Virus record (IMG/VR): IMGVR_UViG_3300042389_001739
Location: 1 to 64,000 of that record
Reading direction: 5' to 3' (one strand)
From: a virus
Length of the DNA: 64,000 nt
Position numbers and translations under genes: made by a program. Below, one piece after another: positions 38,401 to 45,404 of this stretch. Every line of letters begins with the position of its first letter. Position 1 is the stretch's first letter. The notes below the pieces were generated by a model that saw only the letters and a program-made list of their open reading frames with translations, searched no databases and had not been told where the DNA came from.

Positions 38401-38976
38401 CTTGACCAGGTGTGTCAGGTAAAAGTCATCCAGCCGCTCAATCTTCAACCGCTGCATTAAATCGAACAGGAGCTCGCCGTCTGCGTCGCTGAGGCAGGCT
38501 TTATACTCCAGTTCCGTATCCCAGGGGTTTTTATTGATAATCATCACGCGTGCGGGGCGAGGTCCCGCGATGTCCAAGTGTTTAAGCGATTGCCCTCGCA
38601 AGTGACCCGGTAAAAACTTTGCGATTTTTTCCTGATGCGGTCCGACTTCCACCGGCATGGAAAAGTCGACCGTCCGCAATGCCCGCTGAATCAGGCGCTG
38701 CAAATCTTCGCTGTACTCCAGCTGCCGCACCTTTTTATCCTGCGCGTTTTTAACCTCTACAATTTTGCTCTTAGTGTCACCCAGCGCGTTGACGTGCGAA
38801 ACAAATGACGAATTGGGGGGCAGTACCGGCAGTCCAGGAGCATCCAGCGGAAAGATTGCGTCGCCCGTATGCATTGCCGCAATACGGGCCGCCTGGCGCT
38901 GCTCTAGCAGCAGCGTATTCTTTACAGGCGGTAAACTACCGTCCCGCATTCCTTTCAATTTACGTGGCGGAATCAT
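35410..38976 (-). CDS. polA: Family A DNA polymerase with N-terminal uracil-DNA-glycosylase-like domain and 3'-5' exonuclease
   Basis: UDG-like YLTHLVKFKPP...EIKIVQPKYILCLG...VVHP; exonuclease AVDAE, FNADL, YGMYD; polymerase TGRWSSARPNLQN, ADYVGAEL, AKSVIFGIAYG, NFPIQS, QIHDA. Confidence 0.95.
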   Translation of the reverse strand: MIPPRKLKGMRDGSLPPVKNTLLLEQRQAARIAAMHTGDAIFPLDAPGLPVLPPNSSFVSHVNALGDTKSKIVEVKNAQDKKVRQLEYSEDLQRLIQRALRTVDFSMPVEVGPHQEKIAKFLPGHLRGQSLKHLDIAGPRPARVMIINKNPWDTELEYKACLSDADGELLFDLMQRLKIERLDDFYLTHLVKFKPPNFKTTLKASWVNDGMHLLMQEIKIVQPKYILCLGTDASKAILGPQASVTDMLGQVGTFRYNTAYTAELAETSWQEAKVITVVHPKQVIRDQSALRQLESGLARFAALLRGADLGETETVNHVVVDNHAQLFDLLVNIEQDPEKSDDVIAVDAEWHGQHPVNHDTYMRTIQFAWRPKHAIGIKLHDAGGDVTLGFCGTPQETNARGILQETIKLLNVFFKGGRYEHANGAVEFRRKRVIGHFFNADLEWLVDYGIDLQECFMAPLYDYTLVPGTKLHKLYAEDGFKAGEVVPAWYRTKYEGGADTGLMAHAIEETAKYNLETLAMRYTTAPRYDRELDKWKIDYCRQQGLSSSDLEGYGMCPDEILLPYGMYDADVTLRLFYKFDLLLDEDYEGNNCREAFWESQIATPAVLEIHRTGIMVDRSRVDFLTARFMDARADLENRLKAEINWPEFNVRSTQHVREFLFGEKLNGRINKETGKEVKIRPPGATSLKLTPVFDTSKPPRPWLEIKRQQQEYNHSPSTNKQALSLLAQDAEHEHQARLIDMLRDYRFLDQVLKTVLRPPSRDDKTEEAKYNEDGYMEYEDGLASLVCDDGKVRTHIYQTKETGRWSSARPNLQNISKQRDPDYKRLLGEHYKYSLRSVLKASPGHVLVEADYVGAELFGMAVMSGDPNMIAHAQRNQLPEDHPDYYDIHSNVAVFAFKLQCPPTKSGLEAIGKKHIRIVAKSVIFGIAYGRGAKAIAVAAKEQKIDISVDEAQAVINAIFEMYPKLRPFFQECQDRAAGTYTDENTQEQVKSRWLCNCYGRFRRFPDSSRDQALRAEFGRQAMNFPIQSMIASAVSRALAYLYDYKLRQAKKGHNLFNVVLQIHDAILLEVPDRYVKHVCEYVLPTYMRKAVPIYPSTLEGIPTGDGPYYLGIEAEVMNYWGEKLVYAEAVERGLPTGHGGAEGCVVTYSKDAPTKPQRSIVAATKVRPQRNLEDKSYELWRKRKGKA

Positions 38977-38982
38977 TCAACG

Positions 38983-40071
38983 TTATCTCCTTTGTGCCGA
39001 AACTTGTACATTTTGCTCACGTGCCTGCTGCATAATGCACTGCCAGATGTGTGATCTTAACGACTCGCCTGGGTCACAATCACCTGGCAGCTGCACAATG
39101 CAAAATCCGGAATTTAAATCTGCGTTAAGCCTGGCGGCAATTTCTTTGAGGTTTTCTCCTTTTTGCGCATTATTGGGTTTGGCAAAGATATCCGGATCGT
39201 AAATCAACACCCCGGAATACTCGTTGAAATTTTGTTTGAACAAAGCTTGTTGTTGTGGTGTAAACGAAGCGCCCAAGGTGCAAACCGCTTGCGGACCCAC
39301 TCGCCACACGTCTGTTACGCCTTCAACGATTACACCGGTTCTGTACTGCCGAGCCTTGCCCAGATTGTACAAAAGCTGACGCCTCGGCGTACCAGGGGCT
39401 GTGTAATATTTCGGTTCGTTGGAAACTTTCCAGTCGATGTCGTAAGGCGGACGTGTCTGCCACCCTACCATTTTTTTCTGGCGGTAAATCGGGATGACCA
39501 TACGGTCTGCACAAAACGGTCGGGAACTTTCATGGCACCAGTGCACATTATAAAACCGCCCAATTTGTTCGGGATCAAACTGGCGGCTTTCTAAATAAAC
39601 TCGTGCCTTATGATCTGCCGGTAAACGATCCAGGCGAGTTACCTTGCCCGGCCAGTTCATCCGGATTGAATCCACATCGATAGTCTTACCCGGTTGAATA
39701 ACAGCCTTGTTGAGTTGAACAAGACTGTGTCCGCACAGCCATTCGTACAGCTGTTCATACGATTTGGAATCTTTGAGGTTGAGGGGACACCCGGCGTTGA
39801 AGCAGGTGGCCAGAAATTTCTGTGGTCGGCCGAATTCGTCGTCCGTACCGTAACGGTGGTTAATGTAGCAACGGTTACGCGTATCGTTGCAGAAGGGACA
39901 ACAAACCGCATAATACTCACCAGGGTGAGTGATCACGGGCACACGCCGCCCAGTAGCGATATCCAGCTGAAGTTTACGCTGCTGGTTTTCTCCTTCGTTC
40001 CGAATTTTAACGTGCTTGAACGTAGTGACGCACCGTCTGTACAGCAGAGAATTTAACGCCTTATTATTCAT
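38983..40071 (-). CDS. DNA primase (Zn finger + TOPRIM)
   Basis: CPFCND...CFNAGC, IVEGVTD, YDPD, DPG. Confidence 0.9.
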   Translation of the reverse strand: MNNKALNSLLYRRCVTTFKHVKIRNEGENQQRKLQLDIATGRRVPVITHPGEYYAVCCPFCNDTRNRCYINHRYGTDDEFGRPQKFLATCFNAGCPLNLKDSKSYEQLYEWLCGHSLVQLNKAVIQPGKTIDVDSIRMNWPGKVTRLDRLPADHKARVYLESRQFDPEQIGRFYNVHWCHESSRPFCADRMVIPIYRQKKMVGWQTRPPYDIDWKVSNEPKYYTAPGTPRRQLLYNLGKARQYRTGVIVEGVTDVWRVGPQAVCTLGASFTPQQQALFKQNFNEYSGVLIYDPDIFAKPNNAQKGENLKEIAARLNADLNSGFCIVQLPGDCDPGESLRSHIWQCIMQQAREQNVQVSAQRR

Positions 40072-41725
40072 GGAATTCTAGTTCTTCATCCGAATCCTCA
40101 TCAAACATACCGGTTTGATTAACATTTACTGCGATATTGGGCACTGCAGCGCCGACCAAGTTTGCGGTGGCTTTATCCACAATATTTCCACGGCTATCGA
40201 TGTGGTAATTATCGGGGGATAATACCAAGTTAAACTCACCGTCCACTTTGATAATCGTAGGCGGCAATCGGCGATAGCGACGATGCTTGGTACACATAAT
40301 CTGGCCCAAGCCTTCCAGGTTTAAGTTACCAACCACAAACGCAAAGCTAAGATTTTCAGCAAATGACTTGCTACCTTTCGCGTCGGTGTGATGGAGTTTG
40401 GCCGTCACGCTTTGTTGTGAATTGGCTTCACCGCTTAACTGATGCATCAGCCAGGCGTGACAGTTAAACGGTTTACAAATTTGTTTGACACACAGCTCGC
40501 CTGCCTGCTGGTAGGACCGATGTGTTTCCATGGGATTTTTTGTATTTTTAAGTTTTGAGTCGTTATCGATCATCAGGCCCAAGTAATCGATAATTACGTT
40601 CTTGATATAGTACTCCGGACCCCGTTGCTGTAGTTCTTGTTTAATCCGCTGGACGATCTCGGCCACGCCGCCGTTACCCGCCGTGGGATGTAGCGGATCG
40701 GCCCCAGAAAAATCCAAACAAAGTGTATGCGCGTTGACCCAGTGCTCGATTTCCGCGACTCGTACCCGTTCGGGTTTAAAAACCCCGTCACGAATTTCTG
40801 TGGTAAACAACCGCTGCTCGTAACTCAGCGGATCGTTTTCGTTATTGTTCAGGGCATCAATCCCGTCTAATCCCATTCGCTCCAGGCTGTAACGACTAAC
40901 TCGCGAAGAATACATGACCAACCGGTGTAGAATTTCTGGTGCCAGTGGTGCCTCGTACGTAACCAGTACGGACAACCCTTTGCGCTGATCCCAGTCCTCT
41001 GCCAGTGTGTCTTCGTAACATTGCTGTGCCGCAGTGGCCCAAAGCATTACCGCTACGGTAGTTTTACAGGTACCGTAAGGTGCCATGAAGCCGTAAGCCT
41101 CACCGGCTACCGTACCTCCACCCAAATAATTGTCCAGAAAACCCAATCCCGTGGAGCGAATCAGCATGGGATTGGTACGAGACCAATCCGGTTTCATCGT
41201 CAACGTTGGTCCGGTTTTCTCCTGCAGCAGGCCGACCAGATCCAACTTAACCTGATGTTGCTGCAACAGAAATGGCAAGTCGTCCAGCGAGGTCTGACGA
41301 ATATTCTGTTCAAGTGCCTGCCGCTCATGCTGCAGCATCAGCATGCGACCGACTTTTAGCCCAAACCGATGCATTTTTTGGCCGGTTGCCGGTGACGTAG
41401 CAAACAGCTCGGGGTCATAAGCATATTCAAAGAAGTCTTCCAGCTCTGCCCGATCCTCTACAGGAATCAGTTCAGGGTCGTCTTCAAAATAACTGGCGAT
41501 TTCCGTCCAGAGTTCAGGCTGTGCCGGTATGCTCTGATTCTCTTCGTACAAATTAATCAGTGCACGGAACAGCAATCGATTACTGTCCGTAGTGAAATGT
41601 TCAACTGTCAATTTTCCCCAGTATTCCTGGAAAAGTGCTTCATTGTGAAGCAGGATTGCCAGAAATAAACGTAAATGGGCAGTTGACAGTCTGGTTGCCG
41701 ACTGTCTCATACTAATTCCTTTCAC
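40064..41725 (-). CDS. dnaB: Replicative DNA helicase (DnaB/SF4)
   Basis: STGLGFLDNYLGGG, MAPYGTCKT, TYE, IIDYLGLM, HQL, KHR. Confidence 0.88.
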   Translation of the reverse strand: MKGISMRQSATRLSTAHLRLFLAILLHNEALFQEYWGKLTVEHFTTDSNRLLFRALINLYEENQSIPAQPELWTEIASYFEDDPELIPVEDRAELEDFFEYAYDPELFATSPATGQKMHRFGLKVGRMLMLQHERQALEQNIRQTSLDDLPFLLQQHQVKLDLVGLLQEKTGPTLTMKPDWSRTNPMLIRSTGLGFLDNYLGGGTVAGEAYGFMAPYGTCKTTVAVMLWATAAQQCYEDTLAEDWDQRKGLSVLVTYEAPLAPEILHRLVMYSSRVSRYSLERMGLDGIDALNNNENDPLSYEQRLFTTEIRDGVFKPERVRVAEIEHWVNAHTLCLDFSGADPLHPTAGNGGVAEIVQRIKQELQQRGPEYYIKNVIIDYLGLMIDNDSKLKNTKNPMETHRSYQQAGELCVKQICKPFNCHAWLMHQLSGEANSQQSVTAKLHHTDAKGSKSFAENLSFAFVVGNLNLEGLGQIMCTKHRRYRRLPPTIIKVDGEFNLVLSPDNYHIDSRGNIVDKATANLVGAAVPNIAVNVNQTGMFDEDSDEELEFHE

Positions 41726-42507
41726 ACGCCACTTACTGCAAGGATGGACTCCTCGAGAAGTCTGTTCGCCGCCGCACGAAACCCTGGTGGAATAACGCTA
41801 CCCCAGGCCTCGTCATAGAGATCCGGAAATAGTGTGTAATCCATCGCCGCCAGGAACTTGTACCGCTCGCCAAGCTTTTCCAGCTTGGCGCAGTGCAAAT
41901 CGTTTTTGTCGGTTGCCTGAATTTTCTCGCTTGTCGATATTGCCAGGCAATAGCGAAAAAGCGGTGATAACTCCAGTCGGTCATCCGCAATGGCGTAATA
42001 TACCGACAAAGAGAGCGTATGACCAGCCCCCTTTTGCAGCCGCACAACCGCCGAGCGCGCACGCTGGCTTTCGGCGATGTACTGCTGCCGCAATTCAGTT
42101 TTGCTCGCATTTACATGCTCACGCACCAGATCGAACCAGACCGAACTGGCTAACTGTTGCACCGTGGGTACGGTTAAAGCGGAACCGCGCAAAACTCGAA
42201 ACAGCAGCCGCAGGTAATACGCAGGCGCAATGGATTGCGCGCTTTGAATCTTGGCGTAAGCTTTGATCCAGGCGTTCTGCCGTTCCGGTTCTTCTGGCGT
42301 GTTAAATTGCTTTAATCCATCGAAATTGGGCGAAGGCGTGTAATGAGATACCCCGCCATGGCGAAACTGCTCTAAAACTCGCCTTTCTAAAATGTAGGTG
42401 TTTTTAAACCCTTGAATTTCCGGCGTCAGTTGGTGTGATCCGCGCAGCGATCGTTGGCCGGGCTTGGAATAAAGTCCCGGGATCGGTTGGCGTCTGAAGT
42501 TTCGCAT
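41722..42507 (-). CDS. Hypothetical protein in the replication module
   Basis: 261-aa ORF between the two helicases. Confidence 0.7.
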   Translation of the reverse strand: MRNFRRQPIPGLYSKPGQRSLRGSHQLTPEIQGFKNTYILERRVLEQFRHGGVSHYTPSPNFDGLKQFNTPEEPERQNAWIKAYAKIQSAQSIAPAYYLRLLFRVLRGSALTVPTVQQLASSVWFDLVREHVNASKTELRQQYIAESQRARSAVVRLQKGAGHTLSLSVYYAIADDRLELSPLFRYCLAISTSEKIQATDKNDLHCAKLEKLGERYKFLAAMDYTLFPDLYDEAWGSVIPPGFRAAANRLLEESILAVSGV

Positions 42508-42514
42508 AAGTCCC

Positions 42515-44011
42515 TCACATCAATTGACTATCCAGTGCGGTTGTCGGCGGCTTGATCTGCTCAAACCCCATGGCAACATAAGTCGATTCACGACCTTTTG
42601 CCTGACTGGCCATTTTTGGATTGAATTGATCCCGATAGTCATGGACGATGCCGTATTCTTTCCCTTCCGCCACGCGAGAAACCCGGCCAGGAATTTGGAT
42701 ATCACCAATAACGCTTGAACCTCCGGCGGCCCTGATCAACACAGTCAGTTGGTTAAAACTGACACCCACATTCCAAACTGTCGTACAGATTACTTTTTTC
42801 AATCTACCTTTTTCAAAATCTTGAGTCAGCTGAATTCGCCGATCGACATCCATCAGCGGTTCATCCTGACTGCAACAACCACGATTTACATAGTCTTGAC
42901 GAGTCTTTGGTGTCAGCCCGCTTTCCCTATATACAAGTGTAAACTCTGGAAGCCGCTTTTTTAACTGCATTGCGTGCTCCAGCGTATCGACAGTAATCAA
43001 CACTTGTGTATTTCGATCATAAAGCCGCGCATCCCGTGCAATCGTGTCGTTACGGAAATCATTACACCAGATACCGTAGCGTTTCTTTTCAATGTCTTCC
43101 CGTGACTCGCACGGATCGTAATCGCTTCGCACGTTGGACCAGATGACGTGTATGGGTACCACCAACTTGGCCTGCTGTGCCTGTTGATAACTCACCGAAA
43201 AAATAATCGGACCAAAGATTCCGTGCATACGGAGATCTCTGCCGTCAAACCGCTTGTCGTGACTGGCTGACAACCCAAAGTTTCGACTGTTCTGCCACCG
43301 TACCAGCTGCGCGGCAGTCCGATCGGTAGCCAATTCCTGTATTTCGTCGCCAATCATGATGTCGGCAGTAGCCGGAGAGTGGTGGGCAGAATCTGCCGTG
43401 TAACACATCACTCGCCTGTTTAATTCTTTTTTAGATCCGCCCACGATTCCAACATCACCTACCATCTGCACTAACTCCGGATAAATCCGATCTCGCAGCA
43501 CAGACACCCGGCGAGTAATCACATCAATCTTGGCACGCGGAAACAACGAAGCAATCAAGCCGATCATAAAAGATTTGCCAAAACCAGGCGCGCAATCAAA
43601 ACGGCCGCAGCGATGCGTCAACACTTTCTGCAAAAATTCAGGCTGACCTTCTCGCAGCTGGTAACCTTGAATGTTCTCCCAATGTGGTTCAAATTTTTTA
43701 GCGTCCCCTGGCATCTGATCTTTCAGGCGGACTTCGTAACCATGCTGCCGCAGCTCGTCGCGAATCAGCTTCCAAAAGCCAAACGTAGTCGTCAACCGCT
43801 GATGGCGGTCTGCCTCAAATAACACATGGTTGATGAACTCGATCGGAGACAAATTCAGCCGTTTTCGCTGTTTGGCTTCATACCCGTAGAAAATCTTCTT
43901 TTCTTGAAATGTTAAAACCGGCTGCAGAATCCGAACTATGCGGTCTGTCGTGGGTTCCAGGCAAAGCATGTTGCCATGCTTCAGCATTGTTACAACAGGC
44001 TTTGTGCTCAT
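42515..44011 (-). CDS. SF2 DExD/H helicase (UvsW-like)
   Basis: LREGQ, CAPGFGKS, GDEIQE, GLSAS, QIPGRVSR. Confidence 0.9.
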   Translation of the reverse strand: MSTKPVVTMLKHGNMLCLEPTTDRIVRILQPVLTFQEKKIFYGYEAKQRKRLNLSPIEFINHVLFEADRHQRLTTTFGFWKLIRDELRQHGYEVRLKDQMPGDAKKFEPHWENIQGYQLREGQPEFLQKVLTHRCGRFDCAPGFGKSFMIGLIASLFPRAKIDVITRRVSVLRDRIYPELVQMVGDVGIVGGSKKELNRRVMCYTADSAHHSPATADIMIGDEIQELATDRTAAQLVRWQNSRNFGLSASHDKRFDGRDLRMHGIFGPIIFSVSYQQAQQAKLVVPIHVIWSNVRSDYDPCESREDIEKKRYGIWCNDFRNDTIARDARLYDRNTQVLITVDTLEHAMQLKKRLPEFTLVYRESGLTPKTRQDYVNRGCCSQDEPLMDVDRRIQLTQDFEKGRLKKVICTTVWNVGVSFNQLTVLIRAAGGSSVIGDIQIPGRVSRVAEGKEYGIVHDYRDQFNPKMASQAKGRESTYVAMGFEQIKPPTTALDSQLM

Positions 44012-44121
44012 TTTTACCTTCCAATTGCTTTATTTTAGATGTTGAGTTACAATATGCATCGGTTGAGCGAAACGCCCTACCGCTGCACGATTATACCGTC
44101 CAGGTTTCGCCGCCTGGACGG

Positions 44122-44601
44122 CTATTCTTTAAATTTTTGACGGCGCAAATGAAATTCAACTACCTGATAATGCCCGTACTGCCCCGGCTGCCAGGGTGAT
44201 AATCCTTTGTATTTTCCTGCAATCTGTAATAACGACCAAAAATCAGCATCGTCAATTTCACTGGGCACAATGCAATTCAGCCCAATGGTTTGCCCGGTTT
44301 TAAGTGATTCATGCACACTCCACCGTTCTTTACCGTTATTGGTTTTCGGATAATAATGGCGGGCGAAGCAGTTTGGATGCAACTTGGCATCAATCTCGAT
44401 ATCCCAGCAAATTTTTTTAACTGTTTCCTGATGTCTGCCCAGCATATCCGCAGCAAGCACCATGTTGCTGTAGTGCCACGTAGGTAAAAACAAAATCTTG
44501 TTATCCAGGCTGCGCTGAAACGTATATCGGCCGTTTGGACCTTTTTGATTGCCCAGACTCGGATTTGTAAACTGGATTTTTACCGTCAGCTCACGCATCA
44601 T
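44122..44601 (-). CDS. Second small RAMP/Cas7-like protein
   Basis: ELTVKIQFTNPSLG first strand; HESLKTGQTI; Gly-rich loop AGKYKGLSPWQPGQYGHYQV. Confidence 0.6.
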   Translation of the reverse strand: MMRELTVKIQFTNPSLGNQKGPNGRYTFQRSLDNKILFLPTWHYSNMVLAADMLGRHQETVKKICWDIEIDAKLHPNCFARHYYPKTNNGKERWSVHESLKTGQTIGLNCIVPSEIDDADFWSLLQIAGKYKGLSPWQPGQYGHYQVVEFHLRRQKFKE

Positions 44602-45404
44602 CAGCTCCTGAATAACTCGGCATAGCGTTGCCTGACTTTGCGGCTCTGAAAAAACAGCGCCGGATCAAACTGAACGCTCTGGTTGTTCAGTTGTTGTAAC
44701 CAATTATAGGCCAGAAAATTTAATAATTTCCTGCACGCCTGCAGCGCATACCGAGAATTTGGCTTAGACCTGCCAAGCTCTTCCATCAACCAAGTCGTGG
44801 GTTCCATCTCCGAAAGAATGTTCATCAGCAACCGGTTACGTTTATGCTGTCCATCCGTGATGGATTTCAGTTGATTCGGTAAAACTTTGAAATAGCTGTG
44901 CAGCCGGTTGACGCGATCCGGCCGTTCCGGGTTGATATACCAGCGCGGATCACCAATTTCTGCCAGTAACTCAATCCCCAGCTCAATGGAGCGAATTCCA
45001 CTGAATTTCAGGTAACGATGCAGACAATGTTGACTGTAAAGTGCATGCAGATTATCGGTATAGCCCTTTGTTTTAAACGTATGTAACAAAAGAAAATGGT
45101 TATACACCTGACTGTCCATTCGATGCCAACACTGGGGCAAGTTGTCCTGCACCTGCAACAAAGTCAGCCGCTGTAAAATTGCGGCAGGATCGGCTTCGTT
45201 CAGCGGTTTACCAACTAATACCTGGGCCTGAATATCGTGTTGCTTGATGGCTGAATACAGGTCAAGCAACAAACGGTAGTTACAAGGTGTGCCTAACACG
45301 CGGTAAATTCCAGGCGAAAACGACGACGTAATCGCCCGAGTCAAGCCCTGCGAAGAATAGCTGTAAACTGAATCATTTGCAGCGTGCAGGCAAATTTGCA
45401 TCAT
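44601..45404 (-). CDS. IS110/Nop-domain-like protein (degenerate)
   Basis: FSGIRSIELGIELLAEIGDPRW...RLHSYF and ACRKLLNFLAYNW resemble the IS110 (Transposase_20)/Nop C-terminal region. Confidence 0.55.
   Translation of the reverse strand: MMQICLHAANDSVYSYSSQGLTRAITSSFSPGIYRVLGTPCNYRLLLDLYSAIKQHDIQAQVLVGKPLNEADPAAILQRLTLLQVQDNLPQCWHRMDSQVYNHFLLLHTFKTKGYTDNLHALYSQHCLHRYLKFSGIRSIELGIELLAEIGDPRWYINPERPDRVNRLHSYFKVLPNQLKSITDGQHKRNRLLMNILSEMEPTTWLMEELGRSKPNSRYALQACRKLLNFLAYNWLQQLNNQSVQFDPALFFQSRKVRQRYAELFRS

Noticed and set aside
35410-38976. Intein or intron in the long polymerase
   Set aside because: The length is explained by UDG-like, exonuclease and polymerase domains; no intein splice-junction or LAGLIDADG motifs, and the frame is uninterrupted
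44601-45404. Intact IS110 element or TIGR-Tas locus
   Set aside because: No DEDD catalytic domain, no non-coding element ends and no ~36-nt box C/D-like array; the gene is translationally coupled within the operon
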